64,000 nucleotides of DNA from IMG/VR virus record IMGVR_UViG_3300015214_000024, positions 361,787 through 425,786 of that record, one strand, 5' to 3'. Numbering within the stretch: position 1 is the stretch's first letter; each line of letters opens with the position of its first letter. Shown piece by piece: positions 9,683 to 19,179 of the stretch. The position numbers and the translations under genes were made by a program. The notes below the pieces were generated by a model. It was not told the origin of the DNA. It did no database searches and was given only the letters and a program-made list of their open reading frames with translations. This DNA is from a virus (lineage: Duplodnaviria > Heunggongvirae > Uroviricota > Caudoviricetes).

Positions 9683-10297
9683 ACGTCTTTTTGCGGCCTT
9701 TAGCGCACCTTTACTAATTCGCTGTTGACCAGTCAAGCTTTGAAACAAACCAGTTCCTTTGTTGCGGAATGAGTATTGATGACTATAACGAGCTTCATCA
9801 GTATCAACATCTTCGCCAGCTTCTGGTTCCATAGAATCTGGATCAATCACTACATCGTCGTCAGCTAATTGGTCGTCTTCCATTCCAGGCTCCATATCGG
9901 TTGGTTCCATTTCGTCACCCACACCTTCTTCACCGTCACCAATTGAGAAACTATATTCGTCATCGCCCATTGGTTCCATTTCTGTTGGAGCCATTGCCAT
10001 ATCGTCCATTTCTGGTTCAGCATCGCCAGTTGATGCCATAACATTAACTTGCTCTATTGCCTGCTCGACAATTTGACCCTGTACTGAGAATAAAGTTTCC
10101 AACGAGTCCAGCAAAGTTTCAAAACACGGTGCTTGAATGGTCATTGACGCTGTTGATCCAGAACTAAGTGTTAACCCGACCATAACTGACTTCAATTGTT
10201 GATCGTCATTTGAGGCGACACTTACGTCAAGTGAAACGATAGAGGCACCTTCATTAATTTGTGCTAATTTTTTAATTAAATCTTGATAATCATTCAT
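9671..10297 (-). CDS. Acidic low-complexity protein, probable prohead core-type
   Basis: MEP/D/E-rich repeats, basic C-terminus, upstream AGGA. Confidence 0.6.
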   Translation of the reverse strand: MNDYQDLIKKLAQINEGASIVSLDVSVASNDDQQLKSVMVGLTLSSGSTASMTIQAPCFETLLDSLETLFSVQGQIVEQAIEQVNVMASTGDAEPEMDDMAMAPTEMEPMGDDEYSFSIGDGEEGVGDEMEPTDMEPGMEDDQLADDDVVIDPDSMEPEAGEDVDTDEARYSHQYSFRNKGTGLFQSLTGQQRISKGALKAAKRRLGK

Positions 10298-10309
10298 TGA
10301 TGGAGTTCC

Positions 10310-11026
10310 TTATCCTTTTGGAGTTTCTGACTTGCTATACTTGCTATTGAGCTTGGCTTTCTTCAAGTCAGCTTCCTTAACTTTAAATGGAACCATATGC
10401 AATTTAGCCTTAAGTTTTTTAACTTTTGGTCCATCGTTGATTTTAGCATTAAAGTCGTTAGAATTTTTAAAATCCCGTGTTTCTTTGTAACTTAAAGGAT
10501 TTTCTACGATTTCAATATGTTCTTCTTTTTGCTTTGAGCGCATTTTGTTAATGGTTTCCAAATATGTTTCATTATATTTGTCACCATACAAAGTCATCGG
10601 TTCTGGAGAATCTGGATAAGATGATTCAGTAGTCAACAAAGGATCGTGCTCAACACCATTTTCCTCATCCTCAAATGCCTTTTCTTGGGCCTCAATATAA
10701 CCTTCAACAGGTTCATTTGGGTTGCGAACTACTATTCTTTTACCATCGATATAAAATTTTTCACTGAGCTGTTTAGCTAGGACATTTGGAGCAACTGGCA
10801 ACGAAGTAACAATATCCACAAAAAATATTTCAACATTTTCGTGTTGTGGAAAATCAAGAGATCGCTTATGGAAAATTGTTTTTTTAATTTTACCAATATC
10901 TTTCAATTTGTAACGATTTAGAAACTGCTCTAATTCATCTTGAATTCCAGTAATATCGTCCAAGCATTTAATCCTGAAACAATATTCTGGTTGATTACGT
11001 TCCAAATAGTCATAAAACTTGTTCAT
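10310..11026 (-). CDS. Hypothetical protein (late cluster)
   Basis: 238-aa ORF behind GATAAATA (11051-11058). Confidence 0.65.
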   Translation of the reverse strand: MNKFYDYLERNQPEYCFRIKCLDDITGIQDELEQFLNRYKLKDIGKIKKTIFHKRSLDFPQHENVEIFFVDIVTSLPVAPNVLAKQLSEKFYIDGKRIVVRNPNEPVEGYIEAQEKAFEDEENGVEHDPLLTTESSYPDSPEPMTLYGDKYNETYLETINKMRSKQKEEHIEIVENPLSYKETRDFKNSNDFNAKINDGPKVKKLKAKLHMVPFKVKEADLKKAKLNSKYSKSETPKG

Positions 11027-11049
11027 TGTAATTCCCCGGGTTCTTTTGA

Positions 11050-11607
11050 TTATTTATCATCTTCTGGGTCAGTTTTTTCCTCAAAGTCAGCATCCTGAGT
11101 GTCACCGCCCATAATAGCTTTAAGTATATCGTTACGATGAGCTTTAATTCCTTCATTAACTGCATTTTCAACCAGGCCGGCTTGTATTTGGGCACGAGTC
11201 AATGCAACACTTAATTTAGCTCTATCATATTTGGCACTAACCTTTGAATCTGATGATTTATTAATTATATCCAAATATTGGGCAGCAACTTCAAATAAAC
11301 GAGCAGACTTTTCAGGAGGTACTGATTGCGCTACTGCAAAAATTTTATCAAATGCATCTTTAGCCTGGTCAGCGACACTGTCCGAAGTTTTAGTATGCTC
11401 AAAAACGACTTGGTCAAGCTCAGTCAAATCTTTATAAGCTTTATCCATAGGCGATGATTGAGTGTTTTCACTATAGTCAGTTAAATCAATTTCACTATTT
11501 TCAGAAACTTCAATATCAGATTGAGTTAAATTTTCGTGAGTTTCTTGATCAGCCATAGCTTCTTTTAAGGTTCTCATATTAAGACTTGTGCTAATACTAT
11601 TACTCAT
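11050..11607 (-). CDS. Putative terminase small subunit
   Basis: Helical core (SARLFEVAAQYL) like T4 gp16; near TerL; TAATG coupling. Confidence 0.45.
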   Translation of the reverse strand: MSNSISTSLNMRTLKEAMADQETHENLTQSDIEVSENSEIDLTDYSENTQSSPMDKAYKDLTELDQVVFEHTKTSDSVADQAKDAFDKIFAVAQSVPPEKSARLFEVAAQYLDIINKSSDSKVSAKYDRAKLSVALTRAQIQAGLVENAVNEGIKAHRNDILKAIMGGDTQDADFEEKTDPEDDK

Positions 11608-12059
11608 TATCGCTTCCTTGGCTTATATGTACCAGTTGCCTTATATAATTGATCTTCAGTTAAGATGACAAATTTACAACCGTGCTTTTGACACCACTGT
11701 TGGGCAGCGGCCCATTTCATTCTATTTAATGCAACTTGTAATTTATTTTGAATTCCTTTAGCCTTTTCTTGCAATGTTTGACTCATAGGCTTGATTTCTA
11801 TCAATTCAGTTTTTAATCCGCCGTTTTTATCCTGATATCTAACTAAAAAATCCGGAACGTAAACTGTTGTTTTTCTTTTGAAATGATTATAATATGGAAT
11901 TCTAATCGGCTCAGACGCCCAAGCAATTACGTCTGGATGAAAATCTAAATAGTGCATAAAGTTATATTCCCAGGAACTGCGCGCTATTGGATTTTTGTTT
12001 CCAATATATTTTTGCGGATTCTGAACTTCGTAAACACCTTTATAATAGTTACGAGCCAT
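11607..12059 (-). CDS. gp4: Head completion nuclease (T4 gp4, TnsA-like PD-(D/E)xK)
   Basis: RSSWE, WASE, IPY, YVPDF, LIEIKP, KWAAA, ILTE. Confidence 0.88.
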   Translation of the reverse strand: MARNYYKGVYEVQNPQKYIGNKNPIARSSWEYNFMHYLDFHPDVIAWASEPIRIPYYNHFKRKTTVYVPDFLVRYQDKNGGLKTELIEIKPMSQTLQEKAKGIQNKLQVALNRMKWAAAQQWCQKHGCKFVILTEDQLYKATGTYKPRKR

Positions 12060-12918
12060 AAAATTGCTCCTTCAACGTTTCAATTTCAATATCACAGCGG
12101 CAATGTTTGGATAAATTATCAGATTTGGCCAACATTCTAAGATTATATTTTGACCCAATTATTTCAGGTTCAATTTGCATCGCATATCCGGCGCGCACGC
12201 TGAAAATGTGATCTAAATGAAATTCCTGACCTCGAAGACCGGTTGGATCAATTTCATCTTTGTTGTTAAAATAGCTCATCGCAGTGATGTAATCAACGGC
12301 GGCGCGATATTCTTCATATGTCTGATATTCTTGCCACTCAAATTGTATTTGTTCAATTTTCCCCAATTTTGTAGCAATACGCTTCAAATATACTATCTGT
12401 TTTTCTTCTTCACTAGCAGTCTTCCACCACTTATGGGCGCCAGTTTTAAACATTACATCAGCTTTCCATTGATCTTTTTCTTCATCAGAAAGTTTATTAA
12501 GCCATCCATATCTCGCTGCCATTTCTTCCTTAGTCAATAACGAATTATTAGCTTTGATAGTTTCACCAATCTGTGATCTTATAGACGCATCATCGCCGGC
12601 TTCTTTTCGATCGGCCCAAATGCGTGTTTGGTTCGCTCGAACTTTCTTAACAAATGAATTATGCTTTTCCTCATCTTGTGCATTTTCGGCTCGCCATTCT
12701 TTAGTTTTTAAAGATCGACATTTAATGCAGGATGAAGCATATCCTTTGTTGACGTTTATAAATTTATTAGGATCGCCACAAAATTTGCATTTTTCTTCAC
12801 CATCAGCTTTGACATATTTGTTATAATAATCTTGCGAGCTAATATTATGTTGATCGCGAAAGTGCTTAGATAATTTACGCGCGGAATCAAATTGGTTATC
12901 GCAAATGTGACATTTCAT
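12049..12918 (-). CDS. Zn-finger HNH homing endonuclease
   Basis: N-terminal CxxC-x12-HxxxH and CxxC pairs; C-terminal HLDH ... NLRML...NLSK. Confidence 0.75.
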   Translation of the reverse strand: MKCHICDNQFDSARKLSKHFRDQHNISSQDYYNKYVKADGEEKCKFCGDPNKFINVNKGYASSCIKCRSLKTKEWRAENAQDEEKHNSFVKKVRANQTRIWADRKEAGDDASIRSQIGETIKANNSLLTKEEMAARYGWLNKLSDEEKDQWKADVMFKTGAHKWWKTASEEEKQIVYLKRIATKLGKIEQIQFEWQEYQTYEEYRAAVDYITAMSYFNNKDEIDPTGLRGQEFHLDHIFSVRAGYAMQIEPEIIGSKYNLRMLAKSDNLSKHCRCDIEIETLKEQFYGS

Positions 12919-12952
12919 CAATTATTTATTACTGGGAATAAAATTTAATGAA

Positions 12953-14410
12953 TTATCCAAAAAGTCCCTTTAATACTTTAGCTGCTTTAACAGCCGTACC
13001 AACAGTTGGTGACAAGTTTGAAACAGTCTTCTCAGCTACGCCGAATACGGTCGATTGACTGACTAGTGCGTTGACCCCAGCCAGACCCTTTTGAGTGAAT
13101 TGGATTTCGCCATTAGGTTTAGTAATAATCATACTGTTGGATCTAAAACTATTTGCATCTATATCTGATGATTTTGTCGACAACTGCGAATATAATCCGG
13201 TGCCCATAACTTTAGAGGCCACATTTCCCATCTGTCCTGAATACAAACTACGACCATTATCAGAATATTGAGAATCTAATGGAAAAGCACCAGTTGTGGA
13301 TTGATTTTTATTCGTGCTGAAAACAACATTATTGTTAATAAGATCACTGAATGCATTAATACCGACGTTTAAGATTCCGCTTTTGGTACTTTTACTAGTG
13401 TTATTAGTCGTGACACTTGTTATAACTGAACGAAGAACTGAGTCTGCAATTTTACCAGTAGTAGTATTACCAAGCCCCAATGTATCACTTATTACGCTTG
13501 AGATTGAATCAGAAATTCCATTTTTCTGCAAAAAGGCATCCAAATATCCAGCAACCCGTTGGGTAGAAATACCAAGTGGTGGATTATTATAATCAAATTG
13601 AAACCCGAAATCAGTTGCTTCACTGGTGCTAATCTTAACAGGATCCATATTATAAGCGACATTTTCATATTCAAATGTTATAGTAACTTCAGTCAATTGG
13701 TCACTTGATCCAGCATAAGTTAATGGATTAGAATATTGGAAGGTACTAATCACTGGATTGAATAAGGTGATAGTAGTATAATAACCTCCAAAAAACTGGT
13801 AAATTATTATTTTTTCAAAATAATATTTTTCATCAGTACCAGGTATTGTCCTCATACCAAAACCACCAGTACCTGGATCATTAATCGCACTAGCCATTAA
13901 ATCCCAAAATACGTAGCTATCATTTGATATAACACCATCTTGAAAATAGTGAGCAAAGTAGCTTTGCCAAAATTTCAATAGCTTGCCAGCAATATCGTCA
14001 TAAAATGTTATACTAATAGGATTATGTGTCCTACCAGTGTAAATGACACGCTTTTTATTATATTGATTAACGACTTCAGTTTGGATTGAAGTATTTGGTC
14101 TTTCAACACTTTTCGCTTGGAAGTTAAATCCAGTTTTCGAACTTAGTTGAGATGCTGCATCAAATCCAGTACGTGTTGATGAGGCATTTAATGGGGTCAC
14201 AAATTTGACCATATACAGGAACCCTGGGCGCGGTGCTGATGCGGTGTGAAATGCATAATTTTCACTTCCTACACCTAGTAACCTGCTCGCAGTCGGGGCT
14301 GATCTATAAATCAACCCACTTGAACGGCCAGCGACCTCAGAAAGCAACGTATCAGCTACGTCACCTAGAAGATTCCCAGCAATATTTTTGAAAACGCCTA
14401 TACCAGCCAT
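12953..14410 (-). CDS. Tail-tube-like baseplate protein (gp54/gp19 family)
   Basis: KSVERP, NQYNKKR, PISITFYDD, ITFEYE; adjacent to tail tube. Confidence 0.65.
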   Translation of the reverse strand: MAGIGVFKNIAGNLLGDVADTLLSEVAGRSSGLIYRSAPTASRLLGVGSENYAFHTASAPRPGFLYMVKFVTPLNASSTRTGFDAASQLSSKTGFNFQAKSVERPNTSIQTEVVNQYNKKRVIYTGRTHNPISITFYDDIAGKLLKFWQSYFAHYFQDGVISNDSYVFWDLMASAINDPGTGGFGMRTIPGTDEKYYFEKIIIYQFFGGYYTTITLFNPVISTFQYSNPLTYAGSSDQLTEVTITFEYENVAYNMDPVKISTSEATDFGFQFDYNNPPLGISTQRVAGYLDAFLQKNGISDSISSVISDTLGLGNTTTGKIADSVLRSVITSVTTNNTSKSTKSGILNVGINAFSDLINNNVVFSTNKNQSTTGAFPLDSQYSDNGRSLYSGQMGNVASKVMGTGLYSQLSTKSSDIDANSFRSNSMIITKPNGEIQFTQKGLAGVNALVSQSTVFGVAEKTVSNLSPTVGTAVKAAKVLKGLFG

Positions 14411-14474
14411 AAAAAATCCAATATCATTTATATTAGCTATTTATCTGATTATTTTTAAGTTTTATATAAGAAAA

Positions 14475-14504
14475 TGGGTGGTAATCGTTTCCAATTACCA
14501 CCCA
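14475..14504 (-). terminator. Intrinsic terminator after tail tube gene
   Basis: 11-bp stem TGGGTGGTAAT/ATTACCACCCA followed by TTTTCTT on minus strand. Confidence 0.75.
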
Positions 14505-14536
14505 GATAAAATTACCACTTAATTTTCTAAAACCTA

Positions 14537-15136
14537 TTAGGCTCCAGAGAGGACGCCGCCAATACTTGTTAGAATTGGATTTGCAGTCATCAATTCTGTT
14601 GATGTTGCGTTATCGTAACGGATAGTTAAATCGATTGTTTGAACGCCGTTATTTTCAGCATAGTCTAAACCTTCGTTTTCATAGCTTTGGATCCAGCATC
14701 CTTCAAGAATCCACTGTTCCAAAACATTCACGTTACCGCCGTCCATAACTTCAACATACATATCAAACTTATAATTGACACCAGCAGCCGGACTTGTTTG
14801 TTCATAGTGGTTGTGTTGCTTTTGAAGCTGATATCCTACTAACTTTGAAACAGAGTTAGTGATATCGTCACGAAGCTTAACTGCAACAGTCTGCCAAGAA
14901 TGCTTACCAGCAACGTAAACTTTTGAAGTGTAAACGTCGAGAGTAACTTCTTCGTGCTGAAGCTTAGGCTTATCAGCAGTCATAACCTGTTGGGTGAAAT
15001 AAGATTGATCGCCAATCGGTCCGAAATTAATTGTGCGAATACGGAAGCGATATTTTAGCTTTGGCTGAAGGACACCCTTACGACCTTCTTGACCATCTGG
15101 TCCCATTGGAACGCCAAACTTTGTAAGTGTGGACAT
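14537..15136 (-). CDS. gp19: Tail tube protein (gp19-like)
   Basis: QPKLKYRFR, AGKHSW, LRDD, W.LEGCW, LTIRYDNA; AAAGGAG RBS, late motif at 15177, own terminator. Confidence 0.85.
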   Translation of the reverse strand: MSTLTKFGVPMGPDGQEGRKGVLQPKLKYRFRIRTINFGPIGDQSYFTQQVMTADKPKLQHEEVTLDVYTSKVYVAGKHSWQTVAVKLRDDITNSVSKLVGYQLQKQHNHYEQTSPAAGVNYKFDMYVEVMDGGNVNVLEQWILEGCWIQSYENEGLDYAENNGVQTIDLTIRYDNATSTELMTANPILTSIGGVLSGA

Positions 15137-15226
15137 ATTATAAAATACTCCTTTAGTGGTAATTCGTTATTCGTATTATTTATTGTTTAGGCTCAGAACC
15201 AAATTTAACATACAGATAATTCAATT

Positions 15227-15892
15227 TTATGGTTGAGTTTCTTCCTCTTCAGGCGGAGGTGGCGGATCTTCAACAGTGATGTAAATACATTTGGTTTCAG
15301 CAGTTTGACCACGCAACGTAATAATTGTATAACTAAAAGCATCAGCGCCAGTGTAGCCCGGATTGGGTACGTAAATTATACTCTTGCGATCGTCAGACAT
15401 CCTAGCAAAACCATTATATGGTTGAGTGCATATTACCGGTTCACACCAAGTAGCCGCATACGTTTCCTCATCTGTCGGTGCCAAGGTTTCGCCACCAAAT
15501 ATATTATCGATGGTGATAATATACTCATCAGGAACAAACGGCTGTATAGTTTGATCACATATCACTTTGATTTCGGCAGCAACTGGTTGATTGAAAGTGA
15601 TTAGCTGATCTTCAATCTCATAAGTTAACTGTGGCGGGTTCAAGTGTGTCTCGCCAAAGTCTGTACTTCTGTTAATTATCCTTATACCATCTTTATAAAT
15701 CTCTACCATTTCAGCACTTGGTATTTTCCAAGGCACTTGTAATTGAGATGTCAATGCCATTTGATAGGTAAAAGATAGTTCACCGCGACTTAAAATCTGT
15801 TTAAATGTATCACTAGTTTGATTGACCGGTACTGTAATTTCCATATCATCAATAGGTGGAATTATTGTACGGCAATTATTAATATTAATCAT
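15227..15892 (-). CDS. Structural protein with C-terminal Ig-like (Big_9-type) domain
   Basis: YVPNPGYTGADAFSYTI motif; start set at ATG 15892 (TAATG overlap). Confidence 0.7.
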   Translation of the reverse strand: MININNCRTIIPPIDDMEITVPVNQTSDTFKQILSRGELSFTYQMALTSQLQVPWKIPSAEMVEIYKDGIRIINRSTDFGETHLNPPQLTYEIEDQLITFNQPVAAEIKVICDQTIQPFVPDEYIITIDNIFGGETLAPTDEETYAATWCEPVICTQPYNGFARMSDDRKSIIYVPNPGYTGADAFSYTIITLRGQTAETKCIYITVEDPPPPPEEEETQP

Positions 15893-17973
15893 TAGCCTCC
15901 TCCCAAATACCAAGCAATAGCTTTCAGCACTGGTTTAATTGGTACGTCGCCACACCAGACACTATTAGTATATAGTACGTTATAACTATAAGTTCCTTCA
16001 GGTTGTTGGTAAATTATAGTAATATCAGATGGATAAGCACTAGCTGCATCTTCTGCCAATTCGATGGTCGGATATCCGCCCTGACGAACATAATTTGTTG
16101 AATCGTAAATTACATTATTTTCAAATATAGCATTCAAATTAATAGTTTTTAAACTATCAATTGCATATTCATATGAATACAAAATATTAACCATTTGTGG
16201 TGCTGAATAACTTTGCATTATAGGTTGCGAATCATAAGCGATATTATTAGCTAGACCATAGAAACCAAAAGCAGTATTGACTACAAGATAGTTGCTTTGG
16301 ATCCACGGGGCATATGAAGAAAATAATTCAAATTCGTGATTATGCACTAATACTTCATACATCCATTCAGAACCATATGAATGAAAGTTTTTATTTGTGA
16401 AATCAGCCCAATATGTATCATTGTATAGGTAACGATTATAATTATCCATTACCCAATTGGTCATTATTTCTCGGTTTTCCCAATTAATCCAATATTGAGG
16501 GATCAAGCTAATAAATTTATCAGCTTCAACTTGATTATTTTGGAAATAAACATCAATCAGACGAGTATCTTCATATTGTGAAATTGAATAATAGGTACTA
16601 ACTACACGCCAATTCAATGGCGTGGCAATTTTACCTTCAATAGCATCAATTGGTTGAGATTCCACATAATTGTAACCGTGCTTACCAACTAATGAATCAA
16701 ACACATATCCATAAATGTAAGCTTCTATCTTCTGTTGGGCTGAGTTAGCATTTACTAAGCTATTATGTATATTGTTAAAGAATAGCGCCTTCAAACTTTC
16801 CACAGTCTCATAATAAGTCAATTTACTAATAAACAACGAAGTAGGAGCAGTCCCATATTTGAGTTCATTAGTTTGGTCTTTAAATATGCCAATTGGTGCA
16901 AATGCATATTTAATTTGAGCTGTTTGATCTCGGAAATCACTATCAGGTGCTTTAGAATTTTTCAAACTGGAAGACTGATCCGCAAAATCACCATTCGGAG
17001 CATCAGAATTATATATAGTTTCATTTGTGAACAGTCCAACTGGACTACCAGTATTGCCTACTTTAGATTGATCAACAAATACTGATTCGATATCGTTATC
17101 GCCGTCAGCAACCGCCTTATATTCAATCCATTGCCCTTCTTGGGTATTTCTGTAAATATACTCATCATATTTGATTGCATCTGACGGTCCCACCAATTGC
17201 CAGGTGCCGACTTCAGTTTCGCCAGTAAAAGTTGAATCTGTATAAATTAAATATGTATCGGAAAAAATATTATCAAGATATTTCTTTAAATATACTTGAT
17301 CGTCGTTTTGAACATTGATCGTCGACGAGAATGAATTACCATCAGATGAGAATTGCAATCCATCATATGAGTATAATGTAATTATTGTACTTTCTGACAA
17401 ACCAGAGATAGTAACTGGATATGAATATAGGTCTTGATTAGGCACTCCGTCATATGCATCACCAAAATCTAAATAATCAGGCAAATCGTCAAGTAATTTG
17501 ACGTCAACTAACATCTCCATACCGAGCCAATTTAAACTGATTTTCGGATCAGACGGGACAAGGAATTCAAGCCCCATCCAGCTAAAATTGGATTGAACTG
17601 CTGGCGCGATCGACATCAATAATTCGGTACCCATCCAAGATACATTAGCTATTGGATCACCGGTTACTGCGACATCAATATTTTGATTTGTCACATAAGC
17701 AATTGGTGTTGGCGCTTTTAGTACGACTTCTGTATTAACATTTGAAATTCTGGACGTTGAAGTGGTTGGTGATATTATTACTTCAGCAATTTCACTATGA
17801 ACTCGTCGATCTGTTGGCGGATTAAGTTTCGTGATAACTTGAACCGCGGCGAAACCGACCGTCGTGCCAGGGACAGGCTTCAACAAAACTTCAGCACCAA
17901 CAAAGCCAACTTTTGGTCTTTGTGGTTCTGTTATTGCTACTTCAATTGACGTAAAGCCGACATTAGAGGTCAT
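15892..17973 (-). CDS. Repeat-containing structural/scaffold protein
   Basis: 693 aa; nine N-terminal 10-aa repeats and a central ~17-aa repeat tract; TAATG overlaps on both sides. Confidence 0.7.
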   Translation of the reverse strand: MTSNVGFTSIEVAITEPQRPKVGFVGAEVLLKPVPGTTVGFAAVQVITKLNPPTDRRVHSEIAEVIISPTTSTSRISNVNTEVVLKAPTPIAYVTNQNIDVAVTGDPIANVSWMGTELLMSIAPAVQSNFSWMGLEFLVPSDPKISLNWLGMEMLVDVKLLDDLPDYLDFGDAYDGVPNQDLYSYPVTISGLSESTIITLYSYDGLQFSSDGNSFSSTINVQNDDQVYLKKYLDNIFSDTYLIYTDSTFTGETEVGTWQLVGPSDAIKYDEYIYRNTQEGQWIEYKAVADGDNDIESVFVDQSKVGNTGSPVGLFTNETIYNSDAPNGDFADQSSSLKNSKAPDSDFRDQTAQIKYAFAPIGIFKDQTNELKYGTAPTSLFISKLTYYETVESLKALFFNNIHNSLVNANSAQQKIEAYIYGYVFDSLVGKHGYNYVESQPIDAIEGKIATPLNWRVVSTYYSISQYEDTRLIDVYFQNNQVEADKFISLIPQYWINWENREIMTNWVMDNYNRYLYNDTYWADFTNKNFHSYGSEWMYEVLVHNHEFELFSSYAPWIQSNYLVVNTAFGFYGLANNIAYDSQPIMQSYSAPQMVNILYSYEYAIDSLKTINLNAIFENNVIYDSTNYVRQGGYPTIELAEDAASAYPSDITIIYQQPEGTYSYNVLYTNSVWCGDVPIKPVLKAIAWYLGGG
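17506..17961 (-). repeat. Nine protein-level 10-aa repeats with Pro-containing linkers
   Basis: VGFTSIEVAI, VGFVGAEVLL, VGFAAVQVIT, VHSEIAEVII, ISNVNTEVVL, VTNQNIDVAV, VSWMGTELLM, FSWMGLEFLV, LNWLGMEMLV. Confidence 0.75.
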
Positions 17974-19061
17974 TAGCTACTCCTCTTAATGCCAAGTTGC
18001 ATATTTTGAACATCAGCTAAATTCCAAGCAGTGCTAGTTGATGGATTTGTTGTCATTATGGATGATGGTCTAGTTACTGATGATACTCTGCTGGCTGATA
18101 GAGAAGCTGTTGCCACCACTGTTTCAGTAGTATTGTTTTTCATTTTTAGTTCAACGCTGGTTGTTCCCAATGGAGATCCGGCGGCTTGCATATAAGGCAA
18201 AACCCCTAATACTTGAGTGTTGCCATCAATTCTATTAATTTGTGTTATATCGTAGTAATCAGCATCATTTACATTATTAGCCGTCACGTAAGTTTGACTA
18301 GTTCCAATAATTTGATCATTCACTACTGCAAAATTGTCAGCGCCATCAGACGGCAACCAATTCTTTTGAGCCGTATCAGACACGGGAACGACTGGCACCA
18401 TATAAGTTAAGCCCAAACGCTCGCCGGTGGTTACATAAAAATTGTCATAATTTTGAATCGCACCAGATCCAGAAACCCAGCTAGTGTTGCCGCGGCCAAT
18501 AGATAAGCTATCAATATTTTGGTATGAAACTGTTGAACTCAATGCCTGAACGTTTGATCTATTCAAAACTAATTGCCCATTTAAGTATAAATTAAATGTC
18601 ATCGTTTGTCCATTAGTAGTTACCTGAAATTCAATATAATTCCACGTACCCGTAGTCAAAGTAGCTGTTCCTGAATATGCTACTTGTCCTTTAACAAATA
18701 AAACGTTACTTGAAGTATATAGTTGTATCACATCATTACTGGCAGATGATGCAGACGAATTAAAAAATGTTATAAGATTTGCTGACCCAGCATTGGTCAT
18801 AACGTGGAAACCTGCACAAATACTTGTAGTAGGTGCAAAATTAATCATAAGACGATTATTCGAACTGGTACTATTAGAAAAACTTAAAAACTGGCCAGGA
18901 GGTGTGCCAGGCATCATTATACCTGGTGATCCTAAACTAAGAAAGCTAAAAGTCGATCCGCCGCCGCCAATATAACGGTCATCCAAGCACATAGATGTCT
19001 TTAGTGCATCAGAAGCTGAATCAGCGTATGCTTCAAATCCATCAGTAAAAATAATTGCCAT
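17973..19061 (-). CDS. ConA/LamG-like virion protein, paralog 6 (short form)
   Basis: MAIIFTDGFEAY start, WNYIE, DNFYV...LG, SDTAQK, NP.T..AW...MQLG. Confidence 0.75.
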   Translation of the reverse strand: MAIIFTDGFEAYADSASDALKTSMCLDDRYIGGGGSTFSFLSLGSPGIMMPGTPPGQFLSFSNSTSSNNRLMINFAPTTSICAGFHVMTNAGSANLITFFNSSASSASNDVIQLYTSSNVLFVKGQVAYSGTATLTTGTWNYIEFQVTTNGQTMTFNLYLNGQLVLNRSNVQALSSTVSYQNIDSLSIGRGNTSWVSGSGAIQNYDNFYVTTGERLGLTYMVPVVPVSDTAQKNWLPSDGADNFAVVNDQIIGTSQTYVTANNVNDADYYDITQINRIDGNTQVLGVLPYMQAAGSPLGTTSVELKMKNNTTETVVATASLSASRVSSVTRPSSIMTTNPSTSTAWNLADVQNMQLGIKRSS

Positions 19062-19179
19062 TAGTTTTTCCTTAACGTTCTGAATATTTATTTTAATTGC
19101 AAGGACAAAGAAAATAGCAATTTTCCTAAGCTATCAAATATATACCCACATTAATTGAATTTATCACTTTAAACTATGA

